IMG/VR virus record: IMGVR_UViG_3300017991_000004
Coordinates: 32,001-96,000 of that record
Length of the DNA stretch: 64,000 nucleotides
DNA from: a virus
Reading direction: 5' to 3' (one strand)
This document shows positions 35,134 to 47,098 of this stretch, one piece after another. The position numbers and the translations under genes were made by a program. Numbering within the stretch: position 1 is the stretch's first letter; every line of letters begins with the position of its first letter. The notes beneath the pieces were generated by a model, which made no database searches, was not told the origin of the DNA, and saw only the letters and a list, made by a program, of their open reading frames with translations.

Positions 35134-38100
35134 ATGCAGAAGTTACCTTTGTGTGCTTACTGCGGCAGGACAATTGCGCGACAGACGCGTGTCCTTTTCT
35201 CGTTCCCCGACTTGCCCGGCAATCCGACGATTGGTTGGCACTATGAGTGCGCCCATGCGGACAAGAAAATCTTTGAACTAGCGGTAACGGAGTTTTGTGG
35301 AAACACCGCGACTATTGATTACAACTTTCTGGCAAGAAGTTCTATCACCCTGAAACGGAGAGGTCCAAAGATAACCGACTCACTCGTCGTAGTGTTCAAA
35401 CGTGACTCACGAAGGTTATCCGTGAGAAAATGGGGACCGCAATTAGAAACCTTGTTCGACCAAGCGTTAATGGGTCCACATAGATAAGGAGGTCGGAATG
35501 GATGGCTCACAAAGCAGCGTGTTTCTCGAGGAGCGGCGGAATCGGTTGCTGGTTCTGCTCAACAAGCTGGTGGCCCAGCCGGGCGGCGAAGATATGTATT
35601 GGCATAGCCGGCCGACTATGCTGGTTATTCCGAGTGAAGAGGCGCTGGCGCTCGAAAAAGAGTTTCCCGAACTGGGTCTCAAGAAACTCTCGGAAGAAAA
35701 CTATGCCGTCACCATCGCGTCCCTGCTGGCAACCGTCACGGATGTTCTTTGCGGTAGGCGGCTTGCCTTTCAACTGCACGACCCGGAGGATGGGTCAGAC
35801 CCTCGTGACAACGATACCGTGGGCTTTCAGTGGTGGACACCGGGAAAGGAGGAGAACTGATGTACCGATTGAGGCTGAACGAAAACCCGGACCTTGAGGT
35901 CGAGGTCGAGCACGCAGAGAAGGTCGGAACCACTGAGGTCGAGTTGAGAGACGTCGCTGTCTTTCCTCCCTCGATGTTCAAAGAGCCGGCCCGAATCTGG
36001 AAGGCTGAACTGTTCGACGACCAGGGCGAACTCTGGGCCATGCGGAGAATCCCGGAACACTTCGCGCCACTGGCTTCGCCTTGCATTCAGTTTACATTCA
36101 ACTGGACTCTCCGTATCTACCAGGAGGTCTGATGTTTCATCGGGGCCTCATGAAACCGGACGAAAAAGGTCTGCTCAACGCAGTTCAAGCAAAGCCACGC
36201 AGTTTGTCCGTCCGCGCTGTAGTGCAAAAACTCGGCATACACGAAGAAAGGGCGGCAGCCATCCTCATAAAATGGGTTAACAAAGGATGGTATGAGTACG
36301 AAGTGTACATTGACTTAGGATGGCTCACCGAAGAAGGGAAAAACAAATAAAGGACCTCGACTTGAACATCTATAGTGAGCCAGTCGTCGCTACACCGCGC
36401 CGTCTTCCCGTCAAATGGGACATAAAGGTTTTCGTTGAAGACCACTCCATCGGCGCAGAGGTGATAGTGCTGGACACCATGGCGAAGGAGTTGCAGTTCA
36501 GGATGACGAATCCTTGGTGGGTTCTCACCTTCTTCGGTGCGATGTATTTATTTGAGCGTCTGCTGACTGGGGCAGCCAAAGCCTTGCTCGGGAAACCGTA
36601 CCGCAAGCGGCGGTGGGTGGACATCAAGTCTGCTGGCACCAGCAGATAGGCGCAAGCGATTGCGGAGGAACCATGTGCAAGTATTGCGACTGGGAAGACA
36701 TGCTCGCCACCATCGAGGAGATGATGGACGACGATGATTTCGACTTCGCCTACGACACCCTTTCAGGTATCAAGGATTGGGTGGAGGAGAATCACCACAT
36801 CACCGAACGGCAAACGGAAGCCGTGAACAATATCAGGGAATCCATTGAGAGGAGACGTTGATGGTGGACGGGGAAAAGGAACCGCAGGAGGAAACTACGG
36901 AAACGGAAGAGGAGTACCAGAAGCGGCGCGACGAAACCCTCTGGCGCTTGCAGAACGAGTTCACTGTTCTGGACCTGGAGGATGTTCTCGTCGACTTGAC
37001 GGACCTGGACCTCGACCCGTCCCTCATTTTCGACGACAACGGCAAGTGGGCTTGCGGCCGCAGATGGTTCGGCTACATCCTCTCCGAACCGGGCTGCGAC
37101 TACCAGACCACTGTCGTCATTCCGGGTGACGACTTCTGCGACAATCCGCGCGAAGCGGTGAAGCAGTTCATCCAAAGGTGCATTGACCTCGACAAGAAGG
37201 AGAAGGAGAAAAACGATGCCTAGAGAGTTCGAGGATTTTGAACTGAGGCCGGTCAAAGAAGGCTTCTGTCACTTGTGCGGGAACCTCTGGCACACAAAGC
37301 CAGGAAACTCCCTGCCGGAATATCTCAAGTACGGCGTATGGGAGTTGGCGGGCTTCCAGGTGTTACAGAGAGGTAGCCGAAAGAAAACTATTCTCCTCTG
37401 TAACGATTGTCTCTCCCTCGTCCACCTTACCAGCATGGAGGTCATGCGGGCGCACCTCAAGTGGCTTGACCAGGAACTCAAGGTAGCGGACGCAGAGGGA
37501 AGGCGTCCTCGAATCAGTGAAGTGGGGTATCACCTGCTGATGGATTACCGCAAGCGATTGCAGAAGGAACTAGGTCCGAAGAACTCCTGGTTTGCGGGCA
37601 AGTGTACCCTCTGTACTTTCCCAGTAGTCGTGACGCAACCGGATGCAGAGTTGTTTCCGCACGCAGATTATTGGTGGTATTGTTCCAACCCGAAGTGTGA
37701 GCGCCACTCCCCTGGCACGCATACGGACGATATGGAGCAGCCCGAGTGGGTTCAATTAAGTGAGGTATAACATGCTGGTTATCAAGACTACCCGGTACGA
37801 GCTAACGGTAGAGGAAACCAAGGACGCCTTTGTGCAGTATCTCTACCGAAAGTTTCCCGATTTCGAGGTGCATCTCAAAAAGGGCGGCAGCTTCGATAGT
37901 GACTTCGTGCCGACGGAAGACGGCTTTGTCGTCAACGTCGAGTTCACTGTCAGCTTTCCCGCGACTAACGGAGGGGCCGATGGGATTGTTTGACTATGAC
38001 GATATAGTCTGCGGCCTGTGCGAGGGCCAAAACGTCGCGATGGTGCCTCTAATGGAAATCCATTTAGAAGGACCGAACACGATGTACCCTGTCGCCGCTT

Positions 38101-39504
38101 GTCGTGACTGCGGTTTCCTGTTCATTCCCCCGAACGAGGTTGTCAAACAAAAACGCGCCGAATGGGGAAAAGCAATACGGACACAAAACCGTAAACCCGT
38201 ACCAAAGGGGATAATCAAACTCGACCCTGAGAAAGTCGCACCAGTGTCTCCTGCTGAATCTAAGCGGCAAGGTTCACCTATTTGCGAAAAGTGCGGAAAG
38301 AAAATGAAGTTGGATAATACTTCAACCGCCCGTTACACCGTCTTCCTTCTTTGGATATGCCAATGTGGCTTTCAAAAGATAGAGAAACAGCGTGAGCACT
38401 TCGAAGAGGAACCTTCTGACGAAGAACTGAAAGACATTGACAAGGAAAAGGACGATGAACTTACCTCCTGAGTGCGAACATCAATACGAAGTCCGACCCG
38501 GCAAGTGCCCGTTCAAGGCGGTGTGGGTTATCTTCTGCAAAACGGACAACACTCGCACGCTCGTCTGCCAAAGGCACTTCGAGGATTACTATTTCGAGCC
38601 GGAGAAGACGTATGTGATATTCGGTGCAAAGGACTACTCGATTCACGGCGGCCATGACCTTCCGGCCCGAAAGAAGTTCCCGGAGCCTCGAGACAGGTAC
38701 ATCGCGTTTCTTCAGAGTCAGCCAAAGGGCGGCGAGAGAATTGTGTGTCCCGTCATGTGCGGCAAATGTTGCAGTTCTCTTGACTACACCTGCTCCCATC
38801 TGACGGAGACAGGATGCGACTTGCCTGTGGAGGAGCGACCGGTTCACTGCAACATCTATCTGTGCGAAGCAGCCAAGCGAGTCCTTGAATTGGAGAGAAA
38901 CCTTCGCCATGAGTAAAGAATGGTATGACGAGAATTGGAAGGCCAAAGAAACTCCTGAGTTTGTTGCCTTCTGGCTAGAGTGGTACGGCCACGAAGAAGA
39001 CTACGCCGACCCTGACGAGTATTGGATTCGTCGTGGCTTCGCGTTAGCAGGATGGATTAAACGTGACGAATGGCGCGGAAAGAAAGTTCCGAAAGGCCCC
39101 GTCGCAGGAACTTGCTGCGCCTGCGGATATTCAGGCTCGAAGTCATCCTATTGTCCCTCTCGGGAAGAGTTAGTTCACTGCGAACATTGGTGGGACGGCT
39201 CTACTAGCCGAGACAAACGCTCTGCTGGTACCAGCAGATAGCACTGTGTGAGGGGAACATGAAACCTACATTACCGGCCCATGCTGTGCCTGATGCCAAC
39301 GGCTTCCTCGAATGGCACGGGCAGACTTTTGTTCAATTCGGCGGCGCGAACAAGCTCCACATTGCGAATGATTGGAACTTTCCTTTATGCGGCGCGTTTT
39401 CCCCTCAGCCCATGAACCATCCTGAATACGCTTGTGGAAGAAAGTGGCCAGTTTGCATAGCGTGTCGCCGCATATTCGCAGAAAATAATAGTAATGATAA
39501 TTAG
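35134..39504 (+). other. Run of about 13 small hypothetical genes (35134-35487, 35498-35860, 35860-36132, 36132-36350, ~36320-36649, 36673-36861, 36858-37223, 37216-37770, 37772-37993, 37980-38471, 38455-38916, 38909-39241, 39259-39504)
   Basis: Translationally coupled short ORFs with SD sites; many are Cys-rich. Confidence 0.6.
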
Positions 39505-39514
39505 GAGATTACCG

Positions 39515-40690
39515 ATGGAACTTAAACTTCGTCTCACCATCGAGGGCGCTGACCAGGAAGAGACTTACAAGGAGATAGAACTCCTGAGCACCTGGCTTGG
39601 CTGGTTAGCCTACGCCTCACCCATCGGACCTGTGCCGGGGTGTCTTCTGCGGCTGAATGAAAAGGTTAAAAAATGGTTGGAGAACTACAAGAACTTTCAC
39701 AACTACCCCGACAACCGCGTCTGGAATCAGTGCCCTCCTGAAGGAGTGCTTGCCAAAGACCACTACGCCTCTTTCGGATGGTTTCTGACATACCTCCAGA
39801 ATACGGTATACGCCCGCACGGAGCGGTATGTACCTGACACACTCCAAATTAGTCCTAACCTCTGGCCGGTAGTTGCGAATGTAGCAGGTTGGGAGGATGC
39901 ACCTAAGGAGCAACTAGCCGTCGAGTGTAGTCCAAAACGAGTGGGCAAGTTAGCTCGGCATAATTTGACGGTGTGGGCGGACGCCTCCCTACCCCCTGGA
40001 GGCTTGCTCTATTACTCGTGTGGGGTAGTGCGGCATCCTGACACTAGTATAGACTTCAAGGTTATCGACGAAAAACCTGGTCAGGGATACTTCCCGCTGC
40101 CGGATGACGAATGCCCGCTCTGCAAGAACGGAACCATAGCTTTCGAGGAGGGTGAACTTCGCTGTCGCGGTGAATGCGGCACTATCTGGCGAAAGCCTTT
40201 GTCATCGGAATGGCTGGCGCACACAGGCGAGTTGCTCGCCAAGTTAAAACCTTACTTTGACGAAGTGAACAAACCTTCTCCGCCCCTGCCGCCTGGTAAG
40301 CGTAACATCTCTTACTACGAACAAGAAGGCGCTTTCGTCGAACCTATTGAACTTACTGATATGGTTGGCAATAAAACCTTCTTGACGAAAGAAACTAAAC
40401 CTGTCTATTCGACAGGCAAAGCCTTTCACAAAATCAACGCCGCCAATATCCGAAAAATGTTAGAAACCGAAATGGCGCACCTCACTGCGGCTACTGCGAC
40501 CAAAACAATTCCTGAAATAGAGGGGCAAATATCTGCGCTGTTAAAGCGTATCCTTATTCAGGCACGACCTATACCCAAGGTGACGGTGAAAGAAAAAGAA
40601 ACAGGCGGCATTGAAGTACAGTTCAGTCATCCGAATACTGACTCACCAATGACTACGGAACAACTCTACGCTTACTTAGGATTGACTTAA
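39515..40690 (+). CDS. Hypothetical protein (about 390 aa) with a central zinc ribbon
   Basis: SD AGGAG; CPLC...CRGEC. Confidence 0.7.
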   Translation: MELKLRLTIEGADQEETYKEIELLSTWLGWLAYASPIGPVPGCLLRLNEKVKKWLENYKNFHNYPDNRVWNQCPPEGVLAKDHYASFGWFLTYLQNTVYARTERYVPDTLQISPNLWPVVANVAGWEDAPKEQLAVECSPKRVGKLARHNLTVWADASLPPGGLLYYSCGVVRHPDTSIDFKVIDEKPGQGYFPLPDDECPLCKNGTIAFEEGELRCRGECGTIWRKPLSSEWLAHTGELLAKLKPYFDEVNKPSPPLPPGKRNISYYEQEGAFVEPIELTDMVGNKTFLTKETKPVYSTGKAFHKINAANIRKMLETEMAHLTAATATKTIPEIEGQISALLKRILIQARPIPKVTVKEKETGGIEVQFSHPNTDSPMTTEQLYAYLGLT

Positions 40691-40834
40691 TAGTGACTAT
40701 TCTCCGCTGCCACTACTGCGAACGAACAGATAACTTACAGATGCAACTATGTAGCTATTGGTTCTGCTTCCCATGCCTGCCCCGTGCTCTGAAGAAAGGC
40801 GCAAGCTACTGGTGGAGGCTCGCGCACAAAAGAT

Positions 40835-40911
40835 AGCCCTGTAGTTCAATCGGATAGAACAACGGATTTTGGGTCCGTAGGTTCCCGGTTCGAGTCCGGG
40901 CAGGGCTTCCA
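40835..40911 (+). tRNA. tRNA-Gln (anticodon TTG) with encoded CCA
   Basis: AGCCCTG/CAGGGCT acceptor stem, GTTC/GAAC D-arm, ACGGA-TTTTGGG-TCCGT anticodon arm, CCCGG-TTCGAGT-CCGGG T-arm, then T-CCA. Confidence 0.9.
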
Positions 40912-40923
40912 ATTTTGAAAGGG

Positions 40924-41452
40924 ATGTCAGTGTCTTATGTCGAACTGAAAGCAACGGCGCTAAGTCGCTACCTGCGAACCGCCTACCCAAAAGGTGCGTG
41001 GGGTTTGCATGACTTCCGGTTCATCCCTCCCTTCGGTTCTTTTGAGAACTTCAAAAGGCTGATGGATTCCATAGGACCTGTTCCGACACACTCCGAAGCC
41101 TTACGGGCGTGCGTCACTGTCGAACCGTTGCCTGTAATGAAGGAGACAAATAATGAAACCTGTTTCAAAGAAAACAACAGTGCTGGAAATTAACCTGCGT
41201 CTCTACGAAGTCAAAGCGACGAAGGATATGCTAGATAGTCCACTCGTCGCGGAGAGGGATAACGTATCGCTGTTCCTCGAACCGGCTCCAATGCTGGTGC
41301 CGTTTCCCGACAAGGGCAAATGGGGAATGGTTTGCTACGTCACCATCGGAGAACGCGTATTCAAACTCTTCGCCAAAGACCTTGCGAAGACGTTGGACGA
41401 GGTAAGCAAACTGGGGGTCCTTCTTACAGACGACGAATGTGACCATGAGTAG
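40924..41452 (+). other. Two small hypothetical genes (40924-41193, 41153-41452)
   Basis: Short ORFs with SD sites. Confidence 0.5.
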
Positions 41453-41521
41453 GTCACTGACGGGATGCACCTCAACGTATTCTGTAGAAAGTGTTTCATC
41501 GACAAGCCGAAGGAGTAAGTC

Positions 41522-42400
41522 ATGAGCTTTCACCTGTTCTACCACGATACTACCACATACAAAACCTACACGCTGTCCGGTCTGCGAAACCTTTCGGACC
41601 TTAGAAAAATTCTGGAAGGAATGACAGGAATGGAGCCTGGACCGGGAAACCCTACTGCTGACGAAAAGTATCTGTTGGACAAATACATCGAGAAGGTAAG
41701 TCAACCTGGCGTATCAGCCGCGGGGGCACTCTACGAAGCCGTGGCGGACTTGGAGAACGTATTCGCCTTACGGAGAAGGAAGGCGCAGATAAAGGCGGCC
41801 ATACACGCTAGTGACTTTGAGGCACACATCATCAACGTCGTTCGACTCGATGCCACTCCTCTTGAGGCGTTGAAACACTATGTGCAGAGTGCAGGCGAAG
41901 GTGTCCCTACTGCCATCGCCAATCATCCCCAGCATGGATGGGCGGTTATCTCTTCTGCGGGACAAGGCCCGTTCTTCCTCTGGAAAGAAAAACCTGCAAA
42001 GACAAGCCTGTCGATGACGGACGCCATCGAAGAGGAAAATCAGTTGCAGAAGACGATGGATGCTGTGACATTTACTTCTGAGGGTGGGTATTCATTAGAC
42101 AACTGTGTTGCCGATGACATCTTTCGACTGAAAGGTGACGTACCTCTCTGCGTCTGTGCAGATACTAACAAAATCGCGCGGATGCGGGCCAGGCGATACT
42201 TCCCTGACATCCCGTTGAAACACATCCTCATAGTTACTCCGAGCAACTGGGAGAAAATTCGCGGCCGAAATTTACTCGCCTGCTACACCAAAGGTAGCCT
42301 ACCGCCCGGAGAGGCGCGTAGGATGGTTATGTATCGTATCGAGTCTCGAGGATGCGGCTTGTGCAAAGACTACAAACCGCTTCCGATGTTCCTTGGTTAA
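41522..42400 (+). CDS. Hypothetical protein
   Basis: 292 aa, SD AAGGAG. Confidence 0.7.
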   Translation: MSFHLFYHDTTTYKTYTLSGLRNLSDLRKILEGMTGMEPGPGNPTADEKYLLDKYIEKVSQPGVSAAGALYEAVADLENVFALRRRKAQIKAAIHASDFEAHIINVVRLDATPLEALKHYVQSAGEGVPTAIANHPQHGWAVISSAGQGPFFLWKEKPAKTSLSMTDAIEEENQLQKTMDAVTFTSEGGYSLDNCVADDIFRLKGDVPLCVCADTNKIARMRARRYFPDIPLKHILIVTPSNWEKIRGRNLLACYTKGSLPPGEARRMVMYRIESRGCGLCKDYKPLPMFLG

Positions 42401-42411
42401 GGAGAACTCCA

Positions 42412-42981
42412 ATGGGTTCCGTCCGCTGCCGTTTCTGTCACACAATTTCGTCTACCACTGCTTCACCAAACGATATTGATGGAGTCTTTGTCACCGACAA
42501 AGTGTTGGAATCGTTCTCCGCAGGCATCGACGGCATCAACAACATGGTAGACCTGTCGCGGGAACTATACAAAAGAGGCCGGCAGGGATTCTTGTGCCCG
42601 CACTGCCAGAAAGTAAACTTTCTCCAGCAACCGAAACTGTTGGGATACTGCGCTCGATGTCACTCGGCTATCACTGACAATGACGAATGGTTTGAGAGTG
42701 CAGACCGAACCGTTTGCCTTTGCTCGAAGTGTGCGGAGAATGAAACAGGCGCCCGGATTCCCGGTTCGATAGACGCTGAAGAGATTAGCTACGAGGAAGA
42801 GCCTTGCGTGAAATGCGGCAAGCCCGCCGATTGCCAGTACGCGAATCCTTCCCATCCCGAGAAACGTCCCTTCTGCCTGGATTGCGTTGTCGAAGAGCAT
42901 GAAGCAGAACTCAAAGAGCATAAGAAGCTACTCAAAGCAAAGTCTTGCAAACGCTGTTTGGGAACGGGAGAGGCTCGTTAA
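42412..42981 (+). CDS. Multi-zinc-finger hypothetical protein
   Basis: Seven CxxC pairs; SD AAGGAG. Confidence 0.65.
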   Translation: MGSVRCRFCHTISSTTASPNDIDGVFVTDKVLESFSAGIDGINNMVDLSRELYKRGRQGFLCPHCQKVNFLQQPKLLGYCARCHSAITDNDEWFESADRTVCLCSKCAENETGARIPGSIDAEEISYEEEPCVKCGKPADCQYANPSHPEKRPFCLDCVVEEHEAELKEHKKLLKAKSCKRCLGTGEAR

Positions 42982-43134
42982 TCGTCGCCCTGGGAGTAGC
43001 GTGCTAGTTCCTTGACCGCTATGCGAACTGGGAACTCGCGTATGGCCCAAAGGTTGAGGGGAGAATTGACAACCTGGAGAAACGGATAGAGGCGTTGGAG
43101 AAAAGTAAGTAAATCCTGGTAAGGAAAGTGACCT

Positions 43135-44850
43135 ATGCACATCAAAGCAGAACCCGAAAAGCTGCAAGGGTGTCCCTTCCGACACGACATGAACATCCCG
43201 GCACACGCCTATTGCTGGCTGAAGGAGGAAGCCGAAAAGGATGCGTGCCACTCTGAAGCCATTCCAGAGTGGTGCCCGTTGAAGAAGGGACCAGTGACCG
43301 TGAGCATCCCAGAGAGCGAAGAGAAGGCACCGCGCTGTGCTAGGTGCGGCTTGACGGAGGGCATCTTCTATCCCGAGCCGGATGGCACCGTCCTCTGCCA
43401 ACCCTGCTCCAAGAAGGATGAAACTCCGCTCGTCTTCCCGGCTGGCTTCAAGGGCAAGAGTACCCAAGAGGTTTTGGCGTGGATTCTCAACTGGATTCAC
43501 GAACACAACCAAGTGTCACACATCCCTGGACTGAATGAGATGGATGTTCAAAGGATGATAGACGAAGGGCCGACCTGTTTCGGATAGGAGGTATCCCATG
43601 TTCTACAGGGCAACCATGATGTCCATGAAATGGTACGCAATCGAAATCGACTCAGTGGAAGACGATGCAGAGAACATCGAGGAGTTCGCTTCCCAGGGAA
43701 CGGCGGTTGTTATCGTGGACGACCTGGAAGTACTCTCTTCCTTCGGCGCATACGAGGTCGTTCTGGTTGAGGATGATGATTGATGTTTGGCAGACAAAAG
43801 AGCTTTAGGATAGGGGACACAGTTACGGTGTGCGGTTTCAAGTCATGGGGTCCGGCGCATGTAACTGGAAAGAATGAGGACGGCACATATTCTGTCGCCT
43901 TCGTTGAAGGTCCGGGGCACAGCAGCATCAAGTCAGTCAAGGTCACGAACCTATTCCTCAGAAAACACTTTTGAAGAGTTAGGTATGTCTGAGTCACAAG
44001 TGCCGAAGGGTGGGTATCATTCCGCAGACGTTGCTTATGCAGCGATGGACTACTTAGGCTACCCAAAGCGGGGCAGAATCTTCTTCCTTGAATACACCAC
44101 TACCCATCTGCCTATCTATATCGCATCCACGAACCACAAGGTGAGAGCAGAATACAAGGACCAGATGCGAAGGCGCATGGGTACTGTTATCCGCGCACCA
44201 TTTCCGAACCTTAGTGCAGAAGATGTCATGAACGCAGAGTAATGTGGAGCATTCCCAATGGAAATCAAAAGAACATTCAGGTACGAGCTTACCGCCGAGG
44301 AAACACGGGCTGCCGTCCTTGCCTATGTCTCCGCACGGCACCCATCTGTGGGCTTGCACGCGGAGAGGGGCGGGGCGGTCGATATAGACTTTGTTCCTGA
44401 TGAAAAGGGTTTCGTCGCCAACGTCGAGTTCAGTACGGTAGGCGAGTAACTACAGGAGAAGTGATACCAATGAAGAGGATATTCGACTGGATAGAACGCA
44501 TGAGGGCGCACAAGCACGCAGGCATCGACAACCTGGAACGCTTGGCGAAGGACGTAAGCGCGGACACGCAGGCACTCAAGGCCAAGGTGGAAGAAAAGGA
44601 CCGGACCATCTCCATCCTGACCTCTGCCTCGATACACAAAGGCAAGGAGTGTAACAGGCTCAAGGCCGACCTCGCAGCGGCAAAGGAGATTATTGAATTG
44701 GGTATGGACGAAAAAGTAAAGGTGGGTAAACTTCGCCAAACTTTAGAGTCCATCATTATACGGTGCGAGGAAGGCAGTAAAGAAACTGACTGGCTGCCCA
44801 TTATCGCCAACATCGCCCATGAAGGACTCAAGGCAACCCAATCAAAATAG
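43135..44850 (+). other. Six small hypothetical genes (43135-43587, 43598-43783, 43780-43974, 43985-44242, 44258-44449, 44461-44850)
   Basis: Head-to-tail ORFs with SD sites. Confidence 0.55.
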
Positions 44851-44920
44851 ACAATTCCATATATGGAAACTCTCCTATCCCGAACGGGCCTTATATAGAG
44901 TACCTTTGAAGGAGACCGTC

Positions 44921-45373
44921 ATGTCGCTCGATGTCTACCTTGAATTGTCCGGCCCCATGCCCGCAACAAAGGGCACTGGCATTTTCATCCGAGAAGACGG
45001 GCAGACGAAAGAACTTACCCGCGAAGAGTGGGACGCAAAGTTTCCTGGCAAGGAACCTCTTGTCGTCGTGCCAGAGAAGGCAGAGACAGATGTGTACTGG
45101 TCGAATATCACAAGCAACCTTCACCGGATGGCGCAGGAAGCAGGCATTGGGGATTACCTGTGGGACCCGAAGAAGGCAGGCGTCACCCACGCCAGGGATT
45201 TAATCGACCCTCTGATAGTCGGGCTGTATAAACTCGAGAACGACCCGGAGAGGTATCAGAAGTTCAACTCTCCGAACAGAAGGGGCTCCCACGACAACCT
45301 TGTGAAGTTTGTTACCAACTACCTGGCAGCGTGCCAGAAGTATCCTGAAGCAGTAGTTCGTGTATCTCGTTAA
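44921..45373 (+). CDS. Conserved-looking phage hypothetical protein (MSLDVYL...NITxNL type)
   Basis: SD AAGGAG; MSLDVYL...YWSNITSNLHRMAQEAGI...YLAACQKYPEAVVRVSR, a pattern I recall from phage hypothetical proteins. Confidence 0.65.
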   Translation: MSLDVYLELSGPMPATKGTGIFIREDGQTKELTREEWDAKFPGKEPLVVVPEKAETDVYWSNITSNLHRMAQEAGIGDYLWDPKKAGVTHARDLIDPLIVGLYKLENDPERYQKFNSPNRRGSHDNLVKFVTNYLAACQKYPEAVVRVSR

Positions 45374-45384
45374 AGGAAGTAGGC

Positions 45385-46038
45385 ATGGGTGAACCTCTGA
45401 AGGAAAAGGAACTGCGTGAACTAGCGACCTGTCAAATCTGCAAAGAGAAGATTGGGCAGAAACAGGTCCCTATTCTGTGGAAGGTGAGGGCAGAGCGTCA
45501 CGGGTTGGATTCCCACGCTCTCCGCAGACAGCAAGGATTGGGAATGATGATAGGCGCTCCTCTGGCGCAGGTCATGGGACCGGATGAAGACATGACCAAG
45601 GTGCTGGCAGATGTAACATGCATGGTCTGTGACGTTTGCATGATAGAACGGCTCCCCGAATTGTTTGAGAAGGAAGACTAAGATGACTGCATCTACTATG
45701 GTCAAGTGGAATGTCTACCTGGGCGATTGTCTGGTTACGTCAGTGTGGTACTCTAAGGACTGCAACAAAGAGTACGTCAAAAGGACGTTGATTGAACACG
45801 ACGGCCACAATCCCGACATCGAAATAAAGAAGGGGTAGTAATTATGCGTTATCCAAAACCCTCTCCTGAGCAGTTAGGCTGGATAAAAGAGTTCTGGAAC
45901 GCCAGGGAGCTTTCGCACGGGCAGGGATTCTTCCGCATGGTTGATGCAGTCAAGAAGCTGGAAGAAACGGGGTATCTGGAAAAAGGAATGAAAATGCCTT
46001 CCCTTGATACTTTGTACGCTCAACACGATATTCTCTAG
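45385..46038 (+). other. Last small genes of the plus block (45385-45681, ~45683-45838, 45844-46038)
   Basis: Short ORFs with SD sites. Confidence 0.5.
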
Positions 46039-46039
46039 A

Positions 46040-47098
46040 ACCTGTCAATATCCGCGTATATCTACTCTCTCTCTCTCTCTTTCTTTCTCTCTTGTGACAT
46101 GCAATCGCTTGCAGTGTGTAAATCCGGCGTGTATTCAGATACAAGTAACACATAGTCTGTAATTTCCATATATGCTAACTATCCCTCTGCGGCATTTTGC
46201 GAACAAGTAACAAGAGTCAGATGTTTACGGATGGTTTACGGATAATTTGCATATATGGAAATGGTGCTCTGAATTAGGGCATACCCAGGTGCATAATTGT
46301 CTGGTGCCCGCTGTTCTACCCCCGGTTCCTCCCCTACCCCTACCCCTCCTTGATGGTCCTGTTCCGTGGCGGCGTTTCCGGCCGCTATACGGCCCGTTCT
46401 GTAAGGCTGTTTTGGGAATAAACACACCGGCTATCTGCTGGTACCAGCAGATAATTCCTGTATGCCTGTAGTGTCCGTTTCCCCTTCCAAAATACGGCGG
46501 GTTATGCGGCGTTCTACGGCCCATGTTACTCCCCTTAAATAGTTGATAACGGCGATAGTTGATAACGTTGATTATGGCCTAGCGCCGGCCGTTATCAACT
46601 ATATCGTTAGCAACTATTTATACGTTATTATGGCCGCCGCAGGCGGCCTACATCACACACGCACACGACACTATACATTTCCATATATGCAAATACGGCA
46701 CACACTCCGTAGCCCTCCAAAACGGCGCCACGCCACATACTACCCTTACACAACCCGTGTAGCCCCAATGGCTTCCATTTCCATATATGGAAACTAGACG
46801 GTATCCCGTCCCACCGTATGCACGTTCAGCGAAACGGTCCTATACGTTTTCATGCCTACCCCTACGTTTTCATGCCTACCCCCTATTTTTCATACCTATC
46901 TCCTGATTCTCATACCTACTAATGCGTATAGTTACTACTACTATTAGTATATGCTCTCTTACTGCCGGCTTTTTGAAAAATACTATGCCGGAAGACTTGG
47001 TGCAATCGCTTGCGGTGACGCCATAAAAATAGCGACCTGACTAAACTACAAGTCTAATCAGGCCGCCTTATGACTTACCTGACGCGGTCAGCAAGGCA
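46040..47098. repeat. Non-coding repeat-rich region at the convergence of the two transcription blocks
   Basis: (CT)n tract about 46066-46092; TTTCCATATATG x4; AGTTGATAAC direct and inverted repeats 46541-46615; 20-bp tandem x4 at 46841-46920; one 18-mer and two 12-mer palindromes. Confidence 0.75.
47025..47066 (-). terminator. Rho-independent terminator
   Basis: Minus strand GCGGCCTGATTAGACT-tgt-AGTTTAGTCAGGTCGC then TATTTTT. Confidence 0.7.

Noticed and set aside
46066-46092. (CT)n microsatellite as a phase-variation switch
   Set aside because: It lies downstream of the last gene, not in a CDS or an evident promoter; kept only as part of the non-coding locus.
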